Of a stretch of DNA of 24,859 bases, positions 15,501-23,316 are shown piece by piece. Source of the stretch: a virus (Duplodnaviria > Caudoviricetes). Location: the IMG/VR virus record IMGVR_UViG_3300031588_000015, positions 1 to 24,859 of that record. The stretch is one strand, 5' to 3'. The notes below the pieces were generated by a model. That model was not told where the DNA came from. It searched no databases and saw only the letters and a program-made list of their open reading frames with translations. Every line of letters begins with the position of its first letter. Position 1 is the first letter of the stretch. Position numbers and translations under genes: made by a program.

Positions 15501-16398
15501 CATAAGATTTAATAGCAAGAGCAGTAGCTAAATCGCTATTAGTAACAGTAGCGTCAATAGTTGTAACAGTGTCAGAACTTAATTGGCCTCCAATAGAAAT
15601 TGAATCTCCATTAGACACAACAATGTTACTGCCATTAGTGGTGTTGCCGTTAGCTAATACTTCTTCTAAAGAATCAAATAACCCTACCGCTGAATCTACA
15701 TAGGCTTTAATTGATTGTTGAGTGGCAAGTGCAGTTGCACTATTTGAAGCCATGTCGTTTTCATCAAGAAATTTATTGATGGTAATTGAATTAGCTAACA
15801 TTGAAATGCCGTCACCAGACGTTATGTCAATATTAGTGCCGCCAGTAATGTTACCGTTTACTAAAGTACTTTTAAGAGTTAATCCACCAGTTACATCGGT
15901 TATTAATGGCCCCATAATTGGGACACCATGCACAGTATCAAACCCTAATAACCTGCCAAGCCGAGCGGCTTTAAGAGGCAGATCCATAGTTAAAGGCGCA
16001 CCATTGTTTGGAGTTGGCTCTACATTTTGTAATCGTATACCGCGATCAATAAAGTTTTCATTTTGAATTGCGCCTACATATATTTTATCAAAGTCAGCAT
16101 TAACCGTAGAAGCTAAAAAATCTCCGCTGTTTTGATAATTTGTAGTTCTATCAAGAGGCATTTCTAATACAAGACTTACTGTATTAGCACTAACAGGAAT
16201 ACCCACTGTAAATGTAACTGTACCACCAACAGGATCACCTAGCGGAGAAACAGAATAATTTGCAGTCGGAGCCACAACCCCATTAACATAAACTACTATG
16301 TCGCTCTTTTCTAGAACTAGAAATTTGTAATCAAAAGCGGCTTGAGTTGCGCCCGTTACAGTGTAATCGTTTCTAGTAATCAGTTTAGTTACAGTCAT
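9595..16398 (-). CDS. Giant tail fibre / receptor-binding protein with a T7 gp17-like N-terminal adaptor (2267 aa)
   Basis: N-terminal FDYKFLVLEKSDIVVYVNG...PLDRTTNYQNSGDFLASTVNADFDKI is the podovirus fibre anchor; G/S/T-rich repeats; follows the ejection genes. Confidence 0.88.
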   Translation of the reverse strand: MTVTKLITRNDYTVTGATQAAFDYKFLVLEKSDIVVYVNGVVAPTANYSVSPLGDPVGGTVTFTVGIPVSANTVSLVLEMPLDRTTNYQNSGDFLASTVNADFDKIYVGAIQNENFIDRGIRLQNVEPTPNNGAPLTMDLPLKAARLGRLLGFDTVHGVPIMGPLITDVTGGLTLKSTLVNGNITGGTNIDITSGDGISMLANSITINKFLDENDMASNSATALATQQSIKAYVDSAVGLFDSLEEVLANGNTTNGSNIVVSNGDSISIGGQLSSDTVTTIDATVTNSDLATALAIKSYVDNSVPPAESLANTLVAGNITGGSNIEMTTGDSIKMGASISLFSTDGTLSSNSDVIIPTQKAIKTYVDNAVPAAESLANTLLAGNVTGGTEISVSSGDAITFAGTGKLKHGTDSRIDIDSGGVDLFGAVFLKSQIGQPASSLNFSQGATISEFSIDGTLSGDSNTAVPTEKAVKTYVDATAGGVGTVTSVGITHAGDAFAVGSAVTTSGTLDITMSGSSTQYINGEGNLITFPAASTGTVSSIGASIDGDAIAITGSPVTTSGTLAFEFEGTNAQYIDGAGNLTTFPADAGGTVTSVAATGGGGITVTGSPITTSGTLDISIDSTVVTKTGTQTISGKTMSGVILNGNVNGTGVLTSTQFPTNSTNNNLASALAVKTYVDAQVGTSDTLKEVLVNGNETDGTNLIISSGDKFELGGQEVDDIKTDFTFPSNSQLATASAIKTYVDSQIPASESLKNTLVAGNQTDGTNLVVSTGDTLDVEQFFKLNAYTVQDIVNTIDATTSAQDLVTGAAVKAYVTSQIPATESLSATLAVGNTTGGNDIILSSADDLKVVNSSSVEKIVIDRKSGEPALGNITLKHGTTGAVFETDGNFYSSDGTKRLYFQQTGGGLGDTIFVNDANGNFKFENTSGSQLIAFDNVGAISIMNNNVQAVPANSALSVDNKIIIDDDRNIKNVPIIYNANSGSQAIDLNNSDSLILDTPDGHSALLLSGGTFDTNYYSNETHRFRAVDALDIFGDWNTTKLQVLTDFQLGTSIQVSSILDEDNMTSNSPTALATQQSIKAYVDANAGGGGSVTSVSSTFGGNSISVSGSPITSSGTLAYGFAGTASQYINGAGNLVTASFGDYLPLSGGTLTGGLSGTTASFSSTLSSGNITAGLIGAGGAPVTGYALYARGSIAQDSGSMLAFGNVVAGMGFVKAASGGSGGYYVASQQVIDGSRNLTNIGTINSGQITTTGINVSGLVEFDSLSGTGAVAITDILDEDAMTSNSATALATQQSIKVYVDNAVAGVPVGDITDVTVSSPITGGGSSGSVGIGITKATTSADGYISSADWNTFNNKTSNVGTVTGVTVNGNAYTATGTGAVTIAPQGIASQYINGAGNLVTFPTDQQGVTSVASTVAGTALDVSGTPITGTGTLAYTWAGAPSQYINGEGNLVTFPSARGVTSVSSTIGGNAITVTGSPITGSGTLGYSFAGTSSQYIDGAGNLTTFPSSFNDSLDHVLSNGNTTNGNDIVVSSGDKLTFSNGLTIDSQASNTIISETASGSLLIRGTNINLQSDDNDNYIQCVENGAVTLYHQISGNSQASLNTTTLGINVNGRMESDSLYLGSGAIVTTISTSDSLGTSDTTLSTTGAIKSYVDTAVASVPVGDITGVSATSPLTGGGTSGNVTLAIQVASGSQSGYLSSTDWTTFNNKSSFSGAYNDLTGKPTIPTNNNQLANGENYTTNTGTVTGVTFNGNAFSASGSTTVTIAPQGNSGQYVNGAGNLTTFPTDQQGVTSVGVSIGGNAYAESNSPITSSGTISLTPQGSSSQYVTGQGNLATFPSIPSVGNGTLTVTTSGSASGGGTFTANQSGNSTINIVGASIPSVGNGTFTVSTSGSATGGGSMTANQSGNSSVTINVPTIPSVNNATITLAAGTGMTGGGAFTLNQSSNETITFNSTGGGIGGSGTNDFVPLFNGTTSVDDSIMQQTTSGSSKKIVVNGRMDLTGNGGDANGGTLKLTSSSARLGIATSAISGGEPEASLDVGKNARVRGSLNVGATSEQYLFVSSAQDTPIGYVRMGYYGGGTDYDLSGDAAQATQYTTAFSNGGKICEDERIMTFKFSRSVFANIDSTGKELIAADSNFTYIVKEAYLFSSPDGGGSAPTLGSGDFFNIEYQTITSGGTKNTKAFKVGDSTFNQSNGARRIIGFEPIQYVAIGAASAVPRSSVRITSTGLASSGTGTCNIFLRMRVKNIDFADDISNNPQLITIT

Positions 16399-16409
16399 TT
16401 TTTTGCACC

Positions 16410-19400
16410 TTAGTCCACTATGTTGTTTTGTATTTCATCAAATCCACGCCTTAAAAAAAACAAATTTTGATAAGGCAATAATCTTCTTAACGTTCTTACG
16501 TCTGAATCTGTTATTGGATCGCCTGAAGTTATGGCGTTATTAGCCGCAACAGTAGTAGACAATAAGCTACCAAACGTTGGCCCCAATAAACTTTCTGTTA
16601 CTGTTCTATTAACTTGTTTCATGTTAACTTCATCTATACCAAATAATGAACGCAAACCTATGTTATTGCTAGACATTTTTTCTACGGTATTGTTAATTTC
16701 TCCTAAAATGCCAATAGCACCTGATCTGTCTATTCCTTCCATTACCCACACTGCCGGATCATCCGATATTTCTCTGCCTGAAATAGATTGTTTGATAAAA
16801 TAAGTGGTAGTACCTGCGCCAATTAATCCAAGGAATCCCATCATTTGCGCTTCATCTTGTTTCTGCAAACCTGCTACTAAAACTCTTTGCGTAGCTGACA
16901 ATATAAAAGATTTAAATTGCAAAAACGTTTGACCTAATGGCTCTGACATAAACAATGGTTTTTCTTGTCCTGGAATTATGACCACTCGGTCACTTTCTTT
17001 TCTCATTGCCGCGCCATACATTCTTTCTAGTCTAACGTCATCCCAGTTTTTAGCCCCACTTATCCACAAACCGTCTTCTCGTTTGCCATGCAATTTTACT
17101 TGCTCATACATTGCTTTAGCATCAGTTTCGTTGATACCTAACCGACCTAATTTTTTAGGATAAATGCCTTTTTGTAGCGAATCAAAAACTCTAGTTTGCA
17201 TAGTCATGCCATGCAATTGTTTCATTCCGGCAGTCCAATAATCTAACGCATTATAACGCCCATACTTAGCAGATAAAGTTTGCAATCCACGCTCAAAAGA
17301 ACTGCCGCCTTGAGTATAATCTGCAATGTCAGCAATAAGTTCTGATTTACCATTAGCAATGTAATCAGTTCCAATGCCCCATAACCTTAATTCTTCCCTT
17401 ATCTCTGCAGTTACTTTTTTCTGTGACGTTACAGCTTTAAGGGACGTAGCAAAAGTTTTGCCAAATCCTTCAGCCATCATTACACGCGCAAAATCTGGCA
17501 GACTAGAAGGAGTTACACCGCCTAACAAACGTAAATAGTTTAAGTTTCTGGCCGCTCTCATGCTTCGCACAAACATATTATTTTCTTGGTAGCCGTACAC
17601 GTTACGCATTCGATCACGCATACCCGCAATGTTTTTAATATCTTTGTCGCGTTGGTTAAGAACTTTTAATGCGTCTTTACCTTCTAGCTTGTTAGTGCGA
17701 ACAAATTCATTGGCTTCAAACGCAATATCTTTTATTTGTTGTTGCATCGAAACATCGCCAAATTGCTTGTAGATTTCTATGTCAGGCACAGTGGACATAT
17801 AAAATCGTTGTCCAAGTATTCTAATATCATTTTCTAAAAATTCTTCTATAAGATCATCGTCAATATCAAACACTCTGTTACGCAATGGCCCTTGAATATT
17901 AGTGCCTTTAAATCGCATAGCACCTTGACTATCTATTGAGTTTTTAGAACCTGCACCTATAAGCCAATCATATGGCAATCTACCGTCAGGAGTGCCAGTA
18001 ATTCGTGTAGCAATTTCTGCCGCTAGTATTTGGTAACTTTCTGTAGTTTGTGGCCCAAGAACATCAGTTTTAAATTCAGCTTTTTCTACAATTTTTTCAT
18101 ATTGTTTTGCCAATGCCGGATCGTCTACGCCCGCTTTTAATGCAGATCTAGCAAAATCAGCTTCTTTGATTAAAGCTAAATCTTTTTTAGCTAACCAATC
18201 ACCAACAATTGTAGTAAATTTATTAAAATTAGCATTAACGTAATCTTTGTTCCAAAGTCTATTAAGATAATTGTTTGCAGTTTTTACTTGCACATCTTCC
18301 GGCAACAATTTAAGTGCTACCATTTGATCTTTAATTGGGTGATACAAAGACTTGTTCCAAAAATCAGCCGCTTCCTGCGCTTCTGGTATTTTAGATTCTC
18401 CTCTTCGGACTGCTCTAGATACTTCAGCCGCAAATTCTTTTTCACTTTTTCCTGTAAATATTCTGTTGCCTAAAGAAACTTCGCTTTTAGTTCTTTCCAT
18501 ATATTTTTTAAACAAAACAGTTTGATTCTGCAACGAATCCATTACTGGGCCAACGCCAATTTTTATTAAACTTTCTACAGATGTTAATGGGGCGGTATCT
18601 ACCATCGTGGGGTTTTCTACTAACAACGCTGTAATTTGTCTTGTTTCTTTTGATGGTGACGTAATAGTTGCTGATAATGGATCTATTTTTCCCATAACTT
18701 TAGTTATAGCTTTAGGAATTGCGCCAACAACTTCGGCACTTCCAATATCTTGAGTTTGTGCCGCACCTACACTTCTTAAATCTACTGGCTCGTTAGTAGT
18801 AGGGTTAATGTTATTGGCAATTTTCCCTTCTGGGTCCATTACATCTTCAGTTTCTTTTACAAGAAGATTTACATCACCAGTAGCTTTACTAAAAGCCATT
18901 CCTAACGCGCCACCAAGCAACATTGCGCCAGATATATTTACAGCAGATTCGCCATAGGTTCTAGTTAATTGTGACTCATGCAAAGCGGCCTCTTGTACTG
19001 CAGTTTCTGCCGCTACTAATGATCCAGTTACTGCACCATTTTTTAAAATACTGTTACCCACTCTGTAGGTATTTTTTACTGCTCCCCCAATAACTAACAA
19101 CGATATAGGATCAGCTATCATAATAGGCATACCAACAAGAAAAGACATAGCCCCACCATCAGCCATAACCTTTCGATCAACACGTTCTCGTGATACTTGT
19201 CTTCTTACTGCTTCTACTTGTTCGTCACTATTAGCTACGCTAACGTAATTCATAAACTCAGAATCAAGACGTTCCTCGTTAGATAGAATTTTAAAAGGGT
19301 CGTAATCGTTTGTCCTAACACTAGGCAAATTAGGTTCTTCATTAAGAATAGACCCAATAATATTTTCTTGTCGCCAGTAAGCGCCAGCTATGTTACCAAT

Positions 19401-19484
19401 AGAAGGATCGTTATCAGCCTCAACCCTTGACGCATATGCTTTGCGTGGGGCCGCGATTGTTCCTGTCTCTGTTACAAATGGCAT
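16410..19484 (-). CDS. Large internal virion / DNA ejection protein (T7 gp16 position; epsilon15/phiV10-like)
   Basis: 1024 aa, helical; FLQFKSFI and GIDRSGAIGIL motifs; synteny between the other ejection genes and the tail fibre. Confidence 0.75.
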   Translation of the reverse strand: MPFVTETGTIAAPRKAYASRVEADNDPSIGNIAGAYWRQENIIGSILNEEPNLPSVRTNDYDPFKILSNEERLDSEFMNYVSVANSDEQVEAVRRQVSRERVDRKVMADGGAMSFLVGMPIMIADPISLLVIGGAVKNTYRVGNSILKNGAVTGSLVAAETAVQEAALHESQLTRTYGESAVNISGAMLLGGALGMAFSKATGDVNLLVKETEDVMDPEGKIANNINPTTNEPVDLRSVGAAQTQDIGSAEVVGAIPKAITKVMGKIDPLSATITSPSKETRQITALLVENPTMVDTAPLTSVESLIKIGVGPVMDSLQNQTVLFKKYMERTKSEVSLGNRIFTGKSEKEFAAEVSRAVRRGESKIPEAQEAADFWNKSLYHPIKDQMVALKLLPEDVQVKTANNYLNRLWNKDYVNANFNKFTTIVGDWLAKKDLALIKEADFARSALKAGVDDPALAKQYEKIVEKAEFKTDVLGPQTTESYQILAAEIATRITGTPDGRLPYDWLIGAGSKNSIDSQGAMRFKGTNIQGPLRNRVFDIDDDLIEEFLENDIRILGQRFYMSTVPDIEIYKQFGDVSMQQQIKDIAFEANEFVRTNKLEGKDALKVLNQRDKDIKNIAGMRDRMRNVYGYQENNMFVRSMRAARNLNYLRLLGGVTPSSLPDFARVMMAEGFGKTFATSLKAVTSQKKVTAEIREELRLWGIGTDYIANGKSELIADIADYTQGGSSFERGLQTLSAKYGRYNALDYWTAGMKQLHGMTMQTRVFDSLQKGIYPKKLGRLGINETDAKAMYEQVKLHGKREDGLWISGAKNWDDVRLERMYGAAMRKESDRVVIIPGQEKPLFMSEPLGQTFLQFKSFILSATQRVLVAGLQKQDEAQMMGFLGLIGAGTTTYFIKQSISGREISDDPAVWVMEGIDRSGAIGILGEINNTVEKMSSNNIGLRSLFGIDEVNMKQVNRTVTESLLGPTFGSLLSTTVAANNAITSGDPITDSDVRTLRRLLPYQNLFFLRRGFDEIQNNIVD

Positions 19485-19488
19485 TTAA

Positions 19489-22400
19489 TTACCCTTTTAA
19501 CTCTTTAAGCTTGCCTTTTTGATCAGCGGCTTGTAAATATTTTGCTATTGCAAAAACTGAATTTACAGTATGGTCTAATAAAAATTCGTTTATTTCTTCG
19601 TCATTCATTTCTAATATTTCATTCTTAGATTTTCCTAATAATTTCTCTGCTTTTTTACCAATTAACCCAGACGTATTAACAATATCTTTAGCTGTTTTTG
19701 GCTCAATTTGGAATGCTCCTCTAGCGGGGCCTCCCCCTCCTTGTATCAACCGTGTGCCTGCACTGCTTTCATGTTTAGCCGTTCCAATTAATAATTCTCT
19801 AAGATAAGATTGATTATTAATTCCTTTATCACCTTTAAACGCAGGTAAAACTTTATCAATTGCTTCAATAATATTGGCAGGTAATGTTAATTGTTGATCT
19901 GCTATCCATGATTTTATTTTTTCAGGGTCACTTTCTGTTTGATACAAAGATCCCCATGTGTTTGATTGTCGATCCGCTTTTACCATATCCATAGTATCCA
20001 TAGGGTCAGGACTTTGACTTTCAATAAAATCTACAAATTGATCTTCAATTTTTTGATTCTCTTCTCGCTTTGCAGTAATTCTTTCAACGTATCTATCACT
20101 TGCTTCTGTGATTCCTTTCATAGCAGGCGCAAGAGATGGTCTTCTAATTTGCGGAACGATTCCTTCTGGTGGAGTAATTGCGGCTTCAACTACTGCTCCT
20201 GCACCTCTAACAATGCTTGTTAAACCGGATGTAACCGCTTCTAAGGCACTTCCGTCTGCAATCTGGCCAACGCCCCTTCCTATAAGCGCAAAAGGGCTGT
20301 TGCTCTTAATAATGCGTTGCTGTGGTCCGTCTTGTCCAAGCCATTCTATATAAGTTTCTTCAGCCATTGCCATAGCATTTTGTGCGCTATATCCTTGTTC
20401 TTCATAAGAATTTCTAAAATTAACTTCTACTTGGTGCCGCCCTCTTGCCCAATTATCAGATGTTGTATCTTTTGCTATTTCTCTAGCTACGTCTGCATTG
20501 GCATCCATAATGGCTTGGTTAGCAGGTTGCATAATAGTTTGCTTAGTTTTTCCGTCAGGTATAGGACTCCATTGGTTTGTTACTCTGCCAGAACTATCTA
20601 CAATAAGCGGAGACATAATCGTTCCGTCTTCTTTTAAATAAGAAATAGCATAAGATGGTTGTCCCAAGCTAGTCCCTTGAGAAGCTTCTTTGGCGGTTCT
20701 AATGTTAGACGTTAATATAATTCCATTTTTGGCTACTACTTCGTCTGGAAACATTGCCTGCAATTCTTCATGAGCAATGTCCCTAACCCAAGATACATCT
20801 TTATTTGGACCTACGCCATAAAACCCATTTGGGTTATGTTTCATTAAACCAAAGCCATTAGCATTAGCATCGTTTGACCAATTAGCACTTATCATTTTTA
20901 ATGCAGTTTTTCTTGCAGTAGCGTAATCTTCTGTACCTGCAAGATACAGTTGTTTAGATAGCTTAATGTAGTCAGCTTCCATCTCGTCATAAGCCAAAGG
21001 ATCAGTTTCAATAACGTCTGAGCCAACAAAAGGAATAATGCTGTTATCACCAAATGCTTGTTGCAATTCTTGACCAATTAAATCAAACGCAAAAGAACCT
21101 ATGTCAGAATTTAGTTCTGCATTTCTTCGTTTAACTGTGTCTGCACTTTGCGGATCATAAATTTTTCTTGCTCTAGCTATAGCTTCTAAAGGTTCTGCAC
21201 CGTATTCAATTGCTGTATTTACCGTTAAAGCGTATGCAATCTCTTGATTAGAAAACGCAGTTGTATTTATTCCTTGCTGTCCTAGAATATCGTCTATGTA
21301 TATTGAGGCAAATTTAATTGCTTCTGGATCTCCACTATTCAAAGATGCCATTATGTCTTGTTTTTGCGCGGTTGGAACGCGTCCTACAATGTTTGCAAAA
21401 TCTACATAAGCGGCTGATAACTGATTAGGGTCAGTAATATTTTGAGCCTGCGGTAAAAAGCTTTCAGTATAATAAACGTTTACGTCTTTATCTGGTAAAT
21501 TATAACCAACCGGATAACCAGTAGCGTTTTGACTTATAAAGTTTTCTACGTTTGTAATGGAATCAATTTTATTTTGCTGTGCTTTGCTAATTGTATTGGC
21601 GGCTTTAAGTTCTGCGCGCAGTTTGTTTGTTGCTGTTTCTGCTTTTTTAATGACTTGATATCGCTGATCTACAGTAAGATCCATTTCAATATCAAAGTCT
21701 TTTAAATTAGCTATTAGTTCGTCTGATTGTCTAAGTTTTTGAGGATCAGTAAGCATTGGGTTTTGCAGTACAGCTTGATCTATTTGAGCAAAAGATGATG
21801 TAACATTAACTTGGCTTTCAGCTTCACCAATAAAATTGTCGCGAGTTTCAATGGTGCCAAACAATTCGTTGCCATCAAGAAAATCTTTAAGATCATCAAT
21901 AGCAAGAGTTGAATCAACTTTATTGTTATTGCCTGCAGACAAAAGCGCGGTGTTTACAAGATTTTGAGCAATATTACTTTCTGCTTGTTGTCTTTCTTGA
22001 AAAGCAATTCTAGCTTCGCCTAAATCATAAAATTGTGTTAATGCTCTTTCTTGTATCATAAACTGGTCAGAAAGGGCAATTTGTGTATTTTTAGGAACGT
22101 TTGTAGCCCCAAGCATTGGCGTAATAACATCACGGTAAGCTTGCATTCCTGCTTCTCGATCTGTCGGAAACTCTGCAATTACTCTATTTGCGCTCATTTC
22201 TCCTTCGGCTAAACTACCTGCAACGTAAGTTTTTTGTGCAGTTTCATTTCGTTCTGCCGCGCCAATAAAAAATTCACTTCTATCTTCAAACCCTTCCCCG
22301 CTAGTTAATGCTTCAGTGCCAATTTCTGAGCCTTTTGCCACGCCCCTTTCAACGGCTTTTTGATTTCCATAGCCAATAGCTAAGTCTTGAAGTTCTTTCC

Positions 22401-22494
22401 CCAATCCCGCAAGTTGATTCATGTTATTCATAGCACCCGAACCTACTGCACTAGGTTCAAATCCACCAAAAAAATCTATTCGTTTTTGTGCCAT
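19489..22494 (-). CDS. Internal virion / ejection protein (T7 gp15 position) with a C-terminal lysozyme-like domain
   Basis: 1001 aa, helical; C-terminal LLIGTAKHES...QGGGGPARGAFQIEPKT resembles the ES...GxxQ motifs of lysozyme/transglycosylase folds. Confidence 0.75.
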   Translation of the reverse strand: MAQKRIDFFGGFEPSAVGSGAMNNMNQLAGLGKELQDLAIGYGNQKAVERGVAKGSEIGTEALTSGEGFEDRSEFFIGAAERNETAQKTYVAGSLAEGEMSANRVIAEFPTDREAGMQAYRDVITPMLGATNVPKNTQIALSDQFMIQERALTQFYDLGEARIAFQERQQAESNIAQNLVNTALLSAGNNNKVDSTLAIDDLKDFLDGNELFGTIETRDNFIGEAESQVNVTSSFAQIDQAVLQNPMLTDPQKLRQSDELIANLKDFDIEMDLTVDQRYQVIKKAETATNKLRAELKAANTISKAQQNKIDSITNVENFISQNATGYPVGYNLPDKDVNVYYTESFLPQAQNITDPNQLSAAYVDFANIVGRVPTAQKQDIMASLNSGDPEAIKFASIYIDDILGQQGINTTAFSNQEIAYALTVNTAIEYGAEPLEAIARARKIYDPQSADTVKRRNAELNSDIGSFAFDLIGQELQQAFGDNSIIPFVGSDVIETDPLAYDEMEADYIKLSKQLYLAGTEDYATARKTALKMISANWSNDANANGFGLMKHNPNGFYGVGPNKDVSWVRDIAHEELQAMFPDEVVAKNGIILTSNIRTAKEASQGTSLGQPSYAISYLKEDGTIMSPLIVDSSGRVTNQWSPIPDGKTKQTIMQPANQAIMDANADVAREIAKDTTSDNWARGRHQVEVNFRNSYEEQGYSAQNAMAMAEETYIEWLGQDGPQQRIIKSNSPFALIGRGVGQIADGSALEAVTSGLTSIVRGAGAVVEAAITPPEGIVPQIRRPSLAPAMKGITEASDRYVERITAKREENQKIEDQFVDFIESQSPDPMDTMDMVKADRQSNTWGSLYQTESDPEKIKSWIADQQLTLPANIIEAIDKVLPAFKGDKGINNQSYLRELLIGTAKHESSAGTRLIQGGGGPARGAFQIEPKTAKDIVNTSGLIGKKAEKLLGKSKNEILEMNDEEINEFLLDHTVNSVFAIAKYLQAADQKGKLKELKG

Positions 22495-22506
22495 TATATA
22501 ATCTCT

Positions 22507-22938
22507 TTATGTTTCGCCATCTTTTTCTCCACCGCCTAGTCTTGCAATAGATACGGCCGAACCTGCTATACTACTTAATGACGAAAGATTAGCATTAGTT
22601 CTTGCTAAACTTCCTTGCCTTCTCATTTGAGCTTGTCTTAAGCGAGATGATAACGCTAATGTTTGTTCACTTGACCCAATATTTTTAGCACTAGTTAATG
22701 CAATACTAGCAGGAGTACCTTCTCCAGATTGTCCATCAGCCGCCATAGATGCATTGTTAGCCGCAAGCACACGGCCTAATTCTTGTTGACGCTCTAATGC
22801 TCTAGCTTGAGCCGCAATTTTTTCTTCTTCGGCCCTACGTTTCATTGACTCTTGTTCGGCTTTGGCTCCTTCTTGCATTCCATATACATTTACAGCCGTA
22901 CTCACCGCTATTAAACTAGCTGTTACAATAAATGACAT
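22507..22938 (-). CDS. Small internal virion / ejection protein (T7 gp14 position)
   Basis: Hydrophobic N-terminus, Ala/Gln-rich helix, central G.SGEGTP, synteny. Confidence 0.7.
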   Translation of the reverse strand: MSFIVTASLIAVSTAVNVYGMQEGAKAEQESMKRRAEEEKIAAQARALERQQELGRVLAANNASMAADGQSGEGTPASIALTSAKNIGSSEQTLALSSRLRQAQMRRQGSLARTNANLSSLSSIAGSAVSIARLGGGEKDGET

Positions 22939-23316
22939 TTAAATATCCTCTGGCTCTAATATTGCTTTTTCTATTTCTTCTACACTAGTAAGTTCTGTAG
23001 GATGAAACGTTACCCAAACACAATCTGTTTCAGCGTATATTACACGCTTCGTTTGCGGGATTGTTTCTCCCATAAACGGAGCCTCTATATCTAATGTCCC
23101 AAACTGACTTGCTACTTTGCATTTACCTTTTACTACAGTATATAGGTGACGAGTTTTGTGCAACGCACCAACTAAACAAACTCCTGCAGGTATAAATAAT
23201 TCTCTAGCGTACAAGCCATCACTAAAATGGTGTTTTGCCTCTAATTCTACCTGCTTTTCTTTTAACAACAATGCTTGCATTCTGTAAACATCATCTTGCG
23301 TAGCAATTTCATTCAT
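22939..23316 (-). CDS. Cupin-fold protein in the virion assembly module
   Basis: HHFSDGLYARELFIPAG..LVGALHKTRH....VKG and KRVIYAETDCVWVTFH beta-barrel pattern. Confidence 0.7.
   Translation of the reverse strand: MNEIATQDDVYRMQALLLKEKQVELEAKHHFSDGLYARELFIPAGVCLVGALHKTRHLYTVVKGKCKVASQFGTLDIEAPFMGETIPQTKRVIYAETDCVWVTFHPTELTSVEEIEKAILEPEDI

Noticed and set aside
9595-16398. Iron-binding HxH motifs in the fibre (siderophore-receptor mimicry), or the repeats as a CRISPR array
   Set aside because: No HxH motifs seen; the repeats are degenerate, in-frame protein repeats without a repeat-spacer pattern.
10592-20637. Many + strand ORFs opposite the tail fibre and ejection genes (also 9205-9387 and 7978-8160)
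   Set aside because: Antisense shadows of codon-biased genes; their V/P/L/T-rich composition mirrors the sense strand.
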